Shown here one piece after another: positions 1 to 10,798 of a DNA stretch of 64,000 nt. Within the stretch, counting starts at the first letter, position 1. The number at the start of each line of letters is the position of its first letter. Below the pieces are notes generated by a model. That model saw nothing but the letters and a program-made list of their open reading frames with translations. It was not told the origin of the DNA and did not search any database. The DNA comes from Podarcis bocagei. Lineage: Eukaryota. Location of the stretch: NCBI GenBank assembly GCA_964188305.1, contig OZ076885.1; one strand, written 5' to 3'. Both the position numbers and the translations under genes were made by a program.

Positions 1-12
1 CAGACTTTCCTC
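1..12 (-). CDS. NAT10: NAT10 exon 8, first 12 nt (EESL)
   Basis: acceptor tcttgctcacag followed by GAG GAA AGT CTG; human has DESL at this position. Confidence 0.85.
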
Positions 13-3000
13 CTGTGAGCAAGAGAAGTGTCACCTAAATCAGAAAGGACTGCTGCCTTGAATGCAAAGAGACACCACGATCCGCAAGTAGCTCGCCTGC
101 ACAGATTTGTTTTGATGGGAAAATGAGCATCCTACTGCTCATTAACCAAACATGGTGGGTTGTCTTTGAGGGATACAACTCAGAGCACCTGCAAGTGTGC
201 AAAATTAGCTGCATAGGAGCAATCCTGACTTTGAATATATATGAAGTGACAAAGGCAAGAGGGTTGGGGGGGGGGGAACGACCCTCCAACGCTTCACTCC
301 TTTTCCAAGGCCTGTTTGTTATTGTTATCAGGACCTGCTGCTCCAAGCACAACTCCAAAAACTTTATTTGTACTTCTGGAAATACAGCTTTTAAGCCCTG
401 TGCCTTTGGAGCAAGAAGAAACAGAGGGCTCTCCTGTCGGAAAAGAAGAAGAAGCAAAATAGAACCTTCCGCCAAGTCCTAGAAATCATGCATTTATTTT
501 ACCAAGCACCTAAAAGAAGTTGAAAAGGCAAGTCCTGTTATTGCAAACTAAACATCCGAAAATCTGAAGTTATAATCTGAATTATATGAATTTAAACTAC
601 TTACCTGAGACCGGGGTGGAATAGCAGCAATGTCTGCTACATGGGTAGAGATTGGGAGGATGTTAAGCTGATCGTCAACCACCATGCAAGTTTTGCAAGA
701 GGCCAAAGAAAGAATGAACCTGTGCGATGAGACAGAGGACACAGCACCATTGTTGCTGTTGTACTTGACTGGTTCTCCACCTGCAAAATGATTCCTCGAG
801 CTACAGCTCATGTACGTGGATAGATAAGGTGATCCAAGAATAGTGTTTCTGGATGGCACATCAAGCCAGATAGCACAGACTGCTTCTGTATAGTAGCTCC
901 CTTCAGCATTAATACAGTGCTAACACACAGACCCTGCCAACTTCACAGCAAAGCTTAGGGAAGAGTTAGCCTTGGGACTCAAAGCCACATTTCCAACATG
1001 CAACAATACACTTTGTTCAACAGCATTTCACTGCACAGGTGAGTTTCCAAAAAACAAATGTGGGGGTTGGCAGAGCATTTGTTGGGAAATTTCAAAGTGA
1101 ATCTACATAGCAGAAATCATAGACGTCCCAACATTTTGCTATTGTAAATTAGACTTTGTTTAATTTAGTCTGAGCACAGCCACCCTACACAACAGGTGTG
1201 GGGAACCTGTGGCCCTCCATGTATTATTGGACCACAGCTCCCATGTTCACTGGCCTTGCTGACAAGAACTGATGGGAATTGGAGTCCAAAGGTATCTCAT
1301 GAGCCAGGAGTTCCTCACTCTTGCTGTGCATTTCCCTACTAGTCAAGATTGTACACAGCTTCATGAATGATCTCATGGACACAGGGTAATAATAATGAAT
1401 GCAATTGGGGTGGGGAGAATTCACATTTAAAGTTACAAACATGCACTTAGAATCATGCAGACTTCTGAAACAATGAGCCAAATCTAAGCAACAGGGCTAG
1501 AGCTTCTAAGATTCACCACCCCATTATGCTTAAATTGAACATACTATTCCTTAAAACTTCCACTAGAGGGCAACAAGTACTTGGGCCAGCATGGAATCCC
1601 TTCTAACCCAAGGCTCAACAAACACACTTTTCCCTTTCAAGGATTGCTAATATTTGTGCTCAAAATAGTTTGGCAGCCTACCTTTCATTGAATCGGCCGA
1701 CCACATCCTGATGTGCTTCTGTCCGGTAGCGAGAGTGTACATCCTGGGGAGAAGAAATGTTGTTTGTACGAAGCCTGAAAAAAGCCTTGAACCTGACAAC
1801 TTCAACAAAGCACAGGCACAGAACAGCCAAGTATTACTGTCTTGTTAGACTGTGCTCCTTTCCAATGCCCACATTTTACTGACTGCTCTTTAAAAGGCTC
1901 TCAAGTTTACCTCTCTAATTCCCCAGCAAAGGCCCAAGTAGAGATGGACACTGGGCCTCATTAGCACATAGCCCTCAGCCACCAGTCTATGACTTAGGGT
2001 GCATGAGCAAGTGTGCTGCCTGCAATCGTGTGACTGAGTAGACCAGCCTACTTTTCTGCCAGGATGCTTGCGCTTCCAGCACCTGCATGTCTAGAAATTC
2101 TGCATCTAAAGCTTTCCCCATAACTGCATCTCCACACCGAGAAAAACTCCATGTGCTTGCCGCTTTCTTAGCAGCTAAGTGCAGAAATAAACAAACAGCT
2201 TTCATGACTCTGATACGCATGTTCAGAAAGGACACTCATTGCATTCAATATGTGGTATGTTTCACCACATATTTCTCAGCACTACAAAACAGGTTGCAGC
2301 ACTGAAAAGCTCCTTTTAAGCTGGCATTATCTCAAGGCCCTAGTCCAGCAGTACATTTCAAATGGAACACTGTACTACTTTCCCATGCAGCCCAGCACTG
2401 TCTGCTCTGATTGGCAGTGCCTCTCTGGCCCCTCAATATTTCCAGTTACATGCAACCTCATCTGTTTCTAACTGGAGGTGCCGGGAATCGAACGAGGGAC
2501 CTGCCGTATGCAACGCATGGGTCCTACCACTGAGCCATGTCCCGAATAGGAGAGCAGGCCAATTTTCTGTTAAGCGCAGATAAAAACATCTCAGGAGGCA
2601 TACATACCATGGTCATGGTGTAGAGCTGCTTCAGGGAGTTCATTGTTCTCAGAAGAATCGCCACGATGCCGCCGCCTTCCACGGTTTCAACTGTACGAGC
2701 CAGCAAATTGGGCGTCAAAGCTTCAAAGTCCTGGAAAAGATTGTGCCGGAAATTGATGCACCGTCTTTAGTAATGTGCCGGCAAAAAATGCGCAGCGCCA
2801 AGAATGGACGTGCTAGATGGAACAGTAAACTTGGGAAGGGGCCTTACAGCGGTCAGGCCACTGATCTATTTTGCTCAATACTGTCAAGAGTGACTGGCAG
2901 CAACCCTTCAGGATTTCAGACACGGGTCTCTCCGAGCCCTGCTTAGGGATGCCAGAGACTGAACCCAGGACCTTTGAGATGCAAAGCACACACTCTTCCA

Positions 3001-5592
3001 CTGTGATACTTAGCCTCTCCCAACCCTTGAGTACTTTGAACCGATGCAGGCTTGAATGCCTTCTTCTCCCCGCAGGACAATGTACCCTTAAAAGCCTTTG
3101 CAGATTTGTGTGCTTTTTTTTTTAGGGGGCTGGTGGAATAATTGAGTTGTAATACAGAAGGAAACAGAATGTTCCTTAAGTTTATCTACTGGGAGTTGCT
3201 TATCGAAAGGCATGACCGGTATGGACTTTCATTATTCTTGTAGAAATGGAGTCAGGCAACAATCTGCAACATGATGGTCCAGTTTAGATGGATCATATCT
3301 TAATAAGCAGAGATAGAAGCAAGACTTTTGCTCATACATGCGGTCCCTTCTCCCTTGTGGTGTATCTGAATCAAGGTCTGCAATTAATCAGAGTTTCTTT
3401 TTTAGCTGAACCCGGAACTTCAAAGCATGGTTTAAGATGAAGGCTTGTTCTGGAGCTGGTAACCAGTTTCATGGTTCACCCAAAATGAGAAACTATGGTT
3501 AATTGGAGACTTCTGTGTTCAGCTGAGATATTATCCTGAGCATGACTTGTATTTCACATAATTATCAAATGTCATTTTATTTTATTATTTTTTATTTTTG
3601 TTAGTAATGCAATGTGGAAAATACATTTGGTACAATTTTGCACTCAAAGAGTAAAGATATCTGCTACAGGGAACATTATGGATAGTGCAGATGAAGCCTA
3701 GAGTTAAAGAGCAAGTAAACTGCCCAAATAACTTGAAGAAAATGACTCTCCTGTATTGAACACCTTCCTACCTGGAGGACGCACATGCCGAAAGTATTTC
3801 CAAGAATTTTGTGTGTCTCGTTGTAGTAACAGTACCGAATGTTTGTGGCTGCTATGAACAACTCAAACGGGTCATCTTGTTTCAGATCTAACATTCCAGT
3901 TTTAATCTTCTTCTGCAACTGCCTCATTCTTTTTTTACGGTGGCTGGAGGGAAGATACAGGAAATTAAATTTGAAGTCCTCACTGAGGAAATTATCACAT
4001 ACTCAAATATGCAGTTCTGTGTGTGTTAACTCAGAATAAAGTCCCACCAGGTTCAAGGATTAAATACTTTAGAGCCTCACCACATAGTTGCAATTTTAAA
4101 AAAGTAAGAAAAAAAAGTCATACAAACATTTTTACCTGCTGAAGCCCAGCTCTTTCTTATAACACCATAATACTGATGGTCTAGCCTTTACAGCTGCTTT
4201 AGACAACATATGATGAAGTATGACTACCTGTAAGGCAATAAAACCTATCATTACCTCCAAACAAAGACAACACTGAAATAAAGCATCTGGAAAGCAAACA
4301 GGAAGATTTTAGAAATACTGTACAATTATATTTATGCTTTGCATATGCTTCTGAGAGAAGTGCCAGAACTTTCACATATAATCTTGTGCTACAAAACAAT
4401 GGGGTATGGAAAAATAAAAATGACACTCATGACAGAGACTTAAAGAAAGAGAAACCTTAACTGAAAAGACAGATACTGTATGGAATTCAATGCAGCACTA
4501 GGTGGGGAATGTGTGCAAGAAACAAGGTCTGATCACGCAACAAGACTTTTGTGCTTGAGAATGTTGCTGCAATAAGTTTCATGCTCTATAGCTTATAGTT
4601 TGAATGCATTTATTTATTAATCTGCTGAGAGAACATTAGTTATGGGGATAGAATATAAACTGTCATCAGTAAAATACTCCCAGATCCTTCATTGGGTGAA
4701 CTACACACATGGAAGTACAACCTCATGACATTTTTCCTAAGTGAACCAGCAATATACAGATAGATTTCCACAGACAGCAATGATTTTAGCTTCTCCTTCT
4801 CTACAGACCCTCAGCAGAGGGGACGCTCTTGGTAGTCCCTCAGTTCAGGAGGTATGTGACCCAGGAGATGGAATTATCTGTGGCAGCCCCTAAGTTATGG
4901 AACTCCCTCCCCGCAGAAGTGCATCCAAAATCTTCACTGTATTTACACTATATGCTGAAGAAGGCACAGCTCTTTACCCTGGCCTTTGACACTTGGGAGA
5001 GAAATGCAATTAGTTTTGAACTGGTTTTAATGTTGTATTTTTAAATTACCCCTGGAGCTTGGGGGTGAAGGGTGGGTATCAAAACAACAACAATGGAAAT
5101 CGCAGCAGATACCTTCTCTGCAGAAATGGGTCACAGTGTAAAAAGTCCCTGGAAAATGACCATGTTACTCAAGGGTAGGGAACCAGTGGCCCTCCTGATG
5201 TTGCTGAACTCCAGCTCCCATAGCCCCAACCAGCATGGCCAAAGGTTAGGGATGACAGGAGTTGTAATCCAACAATTTTTGAAGGGCTGCAGGTTCCCTA
5301 TCCCCAATTTAGATTTATGATGAGCAATCCCAAGCTGAATGAAGCAACCACATGTGGCCACTGCTTTTATTTTAACTGCTTGCACAAATCTCCCAAATAA
5401 GAAGCCAGCACTTTCCACAAGCGCATTAACATCAGCCGGATGGTTATATACATTAGAGAAAAGAAGTCACGGGCTGCACTTCACCTGATCTTTGCTACGA
5501 TCCCCTACGACAACAAAAAGTGTCCTGTGCCGTGCAGCTACTCCATTCTCAATCAGTATCCGGATGCGATTGTCCACTTTCTTGCGCTGCAT
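1..5592 (-). CDS. NAT10: NAT10 RNA cytidine acetyltransferase, 5' part, spliced; runs off the left edge
   Basis: join(5592-5485,4227-4136,3943-3772,2730-2608,1743-1682,719-605,12-1) reads in frame as MQRKKVDNRIRILIENGVAARHRTLFVVVGDRSKDQVVILHHMLSK...PPRSQEESL, matching the NAT10/Kre33 N-terminus; all introns are GT-AG. Confidence 0.97.
605..719 (-). CDS. NAT10: NAT10 exon 7
   Basis: 115 nt, (R)FILSLASCKTCMVVDDQLNILPISTHVADIAAIPPRSQ; cag and gtaagt boundaries. Confidence 0.96.
1193..1323. mobile_element. short non-autonomous hAT-type MITE, degenerate
   Basis: same family as the cleaner copy at 57390-57525 (GGGAACCTGTGGCCCTCC...CTCCCA...TGGGAATTGGAGTCC). Confidence 0.6.
1682..1743 (-). CDS. 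NAT10: NAT10 exon 6
   Basis: 62 nt, DVHSRYRTEAHQDVVGRFNE(R); cag and gtaggc boundaries. Confidence 0.96.
2370..2543 (-). mobile_element. tRNA(Ala)-derived SINE (Squam3-like)
   Basis: minus-strand head with A box TGGCTCAGTGG and B box GTTCGATTCCC, followed by a ...CTGCCAATCAGAGCAGACAGTGCTG body. Confidence 0.7.
2608..2730 (-). CDS. NAT10: NAT10 exon 5
   Basis: 123 nt, DFEALTPNLLARTVETVEGGGIVAILLRTMNSLKQLYTMTM; cag and gtatgt boundaries. Confidence 0.97.
2832..3021 (-). mobile_element. tRNA-derived SINE (Squam3-like), degenerate
   Basis: B-box-like GGTTCAGTC; body TGCCAGTCACTCTTGACAGTATTGAGC shared with other copies (near 7640, 21260 and 55490). Confidence 0.65.
3772..3943 (-). CDS. NAT10: NAT10 exon 4
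   Basis: 172 nt, HRKKRMRQLQKKIKTG...ILGNTFGMCVLQ; cag and gtagga boundaries. Confidence 0.97.
4136..4227 (-). CDS. NAT10: NAT10 exon 3
   Basis: 92 nt, VVILHHMLSKAAVKARPSVLWCYKKELGFS(S); cag and gtaaaa boundaries. Confidence 0.97.
4805..5093 (+). mobile_element. L2 LINE 3' end fragment
   Basis: SVAAPKLWNSLP...LK..LF..AF C-terminal L2 motif, 3' stem-loop region and (CAA)n tail. Confidence 0.75.
5170..5306. mobile_element. short hAT-type MITE
   Basis: TIR-like GGGTAGGGAACC...GGTTCCCTATCCC and an internal palindrome as in the 57390 copy. Confidence 0.65.
5485..5592 (-). CDS. NAT10: NAT10 exon 2 coding part (the exon starts at 5607 with 15 nt of 5'UTR)
   Basis: ATG at 5592, 108 nt encoding MQRKKVDNRIRILIENGVAARHRTLFVVVGDRSKDQ; acceptor tttacag at 5608-5610, donor gtgaag. 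Confidence 0.96.
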
Positions 5593-5887
5593 TCTCAGCT
5601 AGAGATCCTGTAAAGTTTTTAAGAGATATTGTAGCGATTCAGTGCAGGGTGGCTTCAGTTTTCACGGAGACAGCAGTCTGGGGGTGGGGGTGGGGGAATA
5701 GCAAATACCATCCATCCCAAGATTGTATTTTTCATCCTAAGCATAAGAACAACAATCCTCCAGCACCTCTGACACGTCTCCCCACCTCAACTCGTCTCCC
5801 TCACCCCTAAACTAAAAACCCTCAATGCTGTAACCTTTTCTCACAGAGGAGTTTCCCCACCAGCTGCTCATTCCGATTGCCCAGCCA

Positions 5888-5946
<59 letters not shown>

Positions 5947-5966
5947 CATCATCATCATCATTATGA
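5888..5966. repeat. compound (ATT)n(ATC)n microsatellite
   Basis: about 19 ATT units followed by about 5 ATC units. Confidence 0.95.
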
Positions 5967-6149
5967 TTACTGCCCTTTTCGCGACCGTCTTGCTGCTCTT
6001 AACAATACCGTGGGTACACAAAATTGGAATCGACACGTGCAAACAAGGAAGATGCCTCCAAACCCAGCCGCTGACTCGGAGACTGTTCCCTTGCTTTTTC
6101 TGCTTCCTTCCTTACAGAAACCAGTTCTGTAAGCCAAGAGGACCCTGGT

Positions 6150-7200
6150 GCCTTTAAACTCTGGTGCCAGCTTCCCACGTGCAAGGGGGAGGGGGCCCAC
6201 ATGGGCTGCGCAGCAGAGAGGAAGGACCCGGGCTGCTGACTCAGGCACAGCCTGCAAGGATGCCCTTCCGGAAAGAGGCGGCGCTGAGGCCGCCAGGCGC
6301 AACACGGCCGGCAAGGGCTTTACGCCGAGCCGAGGCCTATAAAGGATTCTAGGTACGGAGCGGGGGGGGGGGTGGAATTCCAGCCGGGGGCCTTTTTCGC
6401 CTGGGCGCTTTTTGATATCGTATTCGCCACGAGCAGGAAGAGGAGGAGCAGGAGGCGCCGCCGTCCTCGTGCGTTTAGCGTCCGCCCGCTTGCGAAGCTG
6501 GCTGGAATTGGTAGCCGCGGGCCTTTCCATTACATACGGATCTTGAGAGTCCCGGTGCCTTCGAGCCCAGTCCTAGGCACTTGCTCCCTCTCTACCGCAT
6601 AACCACGCGCGCATAGCGCTGAGCTGAAACCTGCCAATAAGACTGTAACCCCGCTAATTTCAGGTGACAGCAAAAACTGCAAGGTTTTCCGAGGGGGCAG
6701 TTAGAGTAAGATCTACTATTTGATTATGGATGTAAACCCCCAAAATGCATTGTATCTCTATCTTCAGTACATTTTATTTTATTGCTACGGCTAGTGGCTG
6801 ATGCAAATATTCTTCTGATTCTGCAACCCCGCATTTATTTTTTCCGGGAGCGCCTCCACGTTACGTTTCCAGCTTTGCTTCTCAGCCATGTGCGTTGCCC
6901 GCTTCAGTTCCTCGAAGGGCTCCCGTGTATTTCATCCTCTCAAAGAAAGATCTCGCCCTGTGATGCACTCTCTCGTTACTGTCGCCACAACGCAAATACT
7001 GTTGCTGAGAATATAGCCCTGCAGGATGAGCTCCCCAAAGTCCATCTGAGTCCAGTATCCTGTTCCTACAGCAGCCAACCATTCGGAAGCCCGTAATCGG
7101 GACCTGAGTGTTACAGCAACACTCTTCCCACGTTGTAATTCCCAACTGGCATTTAGACGTAGCGCACATAGCCGATACGGGCAGTAGTCCCTGGTAGCCT
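6150..7200 (-). promoter_or_regulatory. CpG island containing the NAT10 promoter and non-coding exon 1
   Basis: sharp rise in GC and CpG just upstream of the first coding exon; ETS-like TTCCGG near 6266; exon 1 boundaries not resolved. Confidence 0.75.
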
Positions 7201-7752
7201 TATCTACCAAGAAGGCTCAGAATCATGGCCGAAATTTGATGCCAGTCTCTCCTACCTCTTCCTCAGCCTACACAAAAATAAATATATACAGGCCATGCAA
7301 TTATTTCTGCTGAATTTTAAGTTTTTGAATCATTGGCTTGACTGAAGTGTTTGTGTGCGTGTTTACAAACACCATTCCTGTTTACCATTTGTAACAGAGC
7401 TACCTTTTTAAACAGCTTACAGAAACCACTTTCCCCCCAGAACAGAAAACTCAAAATCTCCAGTAGTAAGACTTAGCTAATCAACTTCCAATAATCAGGT
7501 TTGGGATAAGGATGAACAGTACAGTCCTAGGCCTGTCTACTCATAAGTCTTGTTGAATTCAGAGATAACTCCCTGCCAGATAAATATGTATAGCATCGTA
7601 GTCTTAAGGCTAAGCAAATTAACTTGAGATTCAGGAAAACAGCTGCATTATACAGTCTATAATCAATGGATTCATCTAGCTCAGTATTGTGTACACTGGC
7701 CAGGTGGTGGTGTGATTCAGGTATGGCACAATTTCCAGTTTAGCCTACAAGG

Positions 7753-7975
7753 CAGGGGCAGCCCAGTCCATTTTGTCACCCGAGGTGAATCAGGAATTAC
7801 CACCTCCTGTCTCCACCACCACGCTGTCGCACCCCCCCCTCAACACACACACTCTTTCACTGCCACTGGGGGGGGGGGCATTCTGGCAGTGGTGGAAGTG
7901 GACAGAACGCTGCCTCTTGTGCTTCCGCTACCGGAAGTAGGTATTTCATCACATCTCATAGGCAGGCTGGCTCTG
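7753..7975. mobile_element. non-autonomous hAT element with perfect 8-bp TSD
   Basis: TSD CTACAAGG at 7745-7752 and 7976-7983; ends CAGGGGCAGCCC and AGGCTGGCTCTG. Confidence 0.8.
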
Positions 7976-8039
7976 CTACAAGGCATTTTACCCAAGATTA
8001 CACCAACTACAAGGCATTTTACCCAAGATTACACCAACT
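7976..8039. repeat. perfect 31-bp tandem duplication
   Basis: CTACAAGGCATTTTACCCAAGATTACACCAA twice (7976-8006, 8007-8037). Confidence 0.95.
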
Positions 8040-8219
8040 GTCCCACACCTGAGATCTACATCGTGGGCAGGTGGAGATGTGGCTGTGGTAGCCAGTGAAC
8101 AATTGGGAGCCTTAAAGTGCATTGCCAATAAACACGCACAGAGCCTTGGTCCTTACTGATGGTATTGTCAAGATGCAAGCCTCACATGTACACGATTGTG
8201 TTTTCAAATTGCTCCCCAG

Positions 8220-8342
8220 CAGGGCTTTTTTCAGCCAGAACTCAGGTCCAGCACCTCTCAGATGGGCACCTCTAAAATGACAAGAAAACAAGGGGAGTTC
8301 ATGGAGAGTTCCGATACCTATTTTTCAAGAAAAATAGCACTG
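8220..8342. mobile_element. short hAT MITE
   Basis: ends CAGGGCTTTTTT and AAAATAGCACTG; TSD CTCCCCAG versus CTCCCTAG. Confidence 0.75.
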
Positions 8343-8737
8343 CTCCCTAGTTTGCGGGTGCTTTACAACATAAGCCTGTGCTTTACTCTGAAGTGAGCTC
8401 TACATGGGACAAGTGCCTAGTGAGTAGGAAGTGTAGGTAAATAACTTATTTAAATCACCTTCTCTAATAGAACAAATCATTTTAGTGTCACGTAGCACAC
8501 CCTACATATTTTCATTGTAGTCCACCAATTAGATCAAGGAAGTTGGATTTAGTCCCAGATGTCTATTTGTGGGGAGGGAAGTGCAGGGCTGGAAAGCAGG
8601 AGTCCTATTTTTCTCCATTCACACTCAAGATATATAAAACACGACTACACAGTAAACAAATATAACTTCTCAAAAGACAAATTTATAGCATAATGGTTAT
8701 CAGGACTATGTGTCATTTTTCAGCCATTTGTAATATG

Positions 8738-8750
8738 GGTCACATTCACA

Positions 8751-8801
<51 letters not shown>

Positions 8802-8996
8802 TAGGATATCACTCTCAAGGGTGCTGAGGGTTGTGAGACCACCGGTGTTCCCTTGCCAGTTTCCTGGGAATAGGGATTGTTAAACCACTGGGAATTATAG
8901 TTTTGGGAGGGGATTAGAGGTCTCCAAGAAGTCTCGGCACACTTAACAAGTTTTACAGTGCTATCAGTGTTTTAAATGTATGGCATGAACGTGGCC
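8738..8996. mobile_element. palindromic non-autonomous DNA element (Harbinger-like) containing an expanded (TA)n
   Basis: TIRs GGTCACATTCACACCATA and TATGGCATGAACGTGGCC; (TA)n at 8753-8798; related to 57242-57632 and 63930-64000. Confidence 0.6.
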
Positions 8997-10065
8997 ATTC
9001 TCTGGGTTTTCCTTCTCTATTCAGGCTTGAAATAGTTGCTGCAAATGAAGCAAGTATCCCAGTGTAGTTGTTTCTTCTATGTAGCCTTTACCACTGTGGA
9101 TGATCATTGTGAACTTCAGAAGTGTATCCATGAACATTGTTTGAACCACAGTATTAAGAAGATTCAACATCACAGGAAGGAGGCAGGCTTAAGATGAATG
9201 GAAGTGTTGAACATTAGGCAGTTGCACAGGGCAGTTCAACGGGAAATACAACCTTCATGGAGATTTTTATTCCTAATGTTTGATTTTAAAAAGAGTAACA
9301 AACTGGAGACAAATACATGGCTAATTTGGCATTAGTTTCAGAGTTGGATCTGCAGATATCAGCCCTATGTATGCAGTTTAGAACAGATGGGTGTTGCTAG
9401 GTTGACACACTATTCGGCTTGTGCTGCTGCCATTATAGAATTTTGCTTGTAGAATGGTGCTTAAAAGGGGGGCTTGGTTGACCAAAAAGCTAGTGAGTAA
9501 ACATGTTTAGCATGAATTTCCAATAGCCAAAGACTGTAGTATTGGGTACTTCCTGAATCAAGGCAAAACAGCATAACAGCAAAGATGCTGCAGAATAAAC
9601 AGAGGTGGGAAAGCATCTTCCTCATGGTATCGAATGAACTGACCCTTAGTTCATTTCACTGCAGATGAAATATTATGCAGCTTCTCTATTCGGGCATTAA
9701 CACCCTGAAACATGGGTTTTGTTCACATATCCACTTTTACATTAACTATAGTGTTGTGAAAGTCTTCTCAATTTTATTAAAATCAGTTCTGGAACATATT
9801 TTTAACTAGCATTATCTTTTGAAAACTTTGTACTACCTAATAAGCTAGTCTTGACTCTTCTGAAAAAGTAGGCTTGTGTCTATAGTAATTACTCTGAAGA
9901 CAGGGGTGGAGAACCTATGGCCTTTCCAATGTTTCTCAGCTCCAACCCCCATCGGTCCCAGCCAGCACGCTCAATGCTCAAGAATGATGGGAGTCTCAGG
10001 TTTCCTGAAAATACTATGTGTACCTAATTGCCTGTCTATATTTACAGGCAATTAGGTACACATAG

Positions 10066-10125
10066 CGTGCTCTGGTCCATGGGGGTCACTAAGAGTCGGA
10101 CACGACTAAATGACTAAACAACAAC
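10066..10125 (+). mobile_element. Bov-B (RTE) LINE extreme 3' fragment
   Basis: GTCCATGGGGGTCACTAAGAGTCGGACACGACT is the Bov-B 3' terminus, followed by a (CAA)n tail; TSD ATTTACA at 10040-10046 and 10126-10132. Confidence 0.8.
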
Positions 10126-10792
10126 ATTTACATTAGAAGTGTAGTCCCATGTCAGATCCCTTTACTATATGCTGAAATTTCACAACTACGCCAGCAGTGT
10201 TGTTTAAATATTACCTGACTTTCACCCTAAAATGATAGGACGGGTTGCAATTTAAAATACATTTAAAAGTTTTAAAAAAGTTATTACAAAAATGCAATCA
10301 CAAAAAGGTGTGAAATTATACAGACACACGCTTCTTCTTTGCACACACACCCAGTTGTGTTTAAAACCAGGCTTCCTTCCTTTCTGTGATCTAGGATGCA
10401 AATTATCTGTACTGGCAGAAGTTCATTTGGAAGAAACTGGTGGCGAGATTTCATGTAAAATCATGATTGCTGGTGATGTCAGTGTGAAAATAATAAAGCT
10501 TATAATAATTTAAATTACATTGTTTTAATGAAAATCCCAGTTCTCACGCTTTTCCCATACAAGAACTACAAAATAAATGCCTCATTGGGCTGGAGCAGTA
10601 AAAGGCAATGGTTCACCAATCTGATCTGCAGTCAAAAGTGCAGAATACAGCTGCATAGGCACTAATTTCAATTTCTTCCAGGAACGTCCAAATTAATCAC
10701 TACCCTCAAATTTCTAATTTTTAAAATTCACAATATTTGCATAGATATATTATTACAAGCTTGGCTTTGAACAATTCTAACACAACATGCAA

Positions 10793-10798
10793 TTTAAT
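10793..10798 (-). terminator. candidate distal poly(A) signal (ATTAAA) of CAPRIN1
   Basis: minus strand reads ctATTAAAttgcatgttgtgttagaattgttc, with a GU-rich downstream element. Confidence 0.5.

Noticed and set aside
35-482. ORFs of 146 aa (minus) and 119 aa (plus)
   Set aside because: They lie in NAT10 intron 7 and have no recognisable motifs; chance ORFs
2473-2543. Functional tRNA-Ala gene
   Set aside because: Stems are mispaired and it continues into a SINE body
13-5484. Intronic snoRNA (e.g. SNORD13/U13, the NAT10 guide) in NAT10 introns
   Set aside because: I found no 18S-complementary U13 guide sequence or convincing C/D box pair by eye; an Infernal scan would be needed to exclude it fully
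6420-6432. NAT10 exon 1 donor (GTG|GCGAAT or CTC|GTGGCG)
   Set aside because: Both are weak and other candidates exist; cannot be assigned without transcripts
5812-6602. Poly-Ile/Met ORF and the 187-aa ORF
   Set aside because: Artefacts of the (ATT)n microsatellite and the NAT10 CpG island
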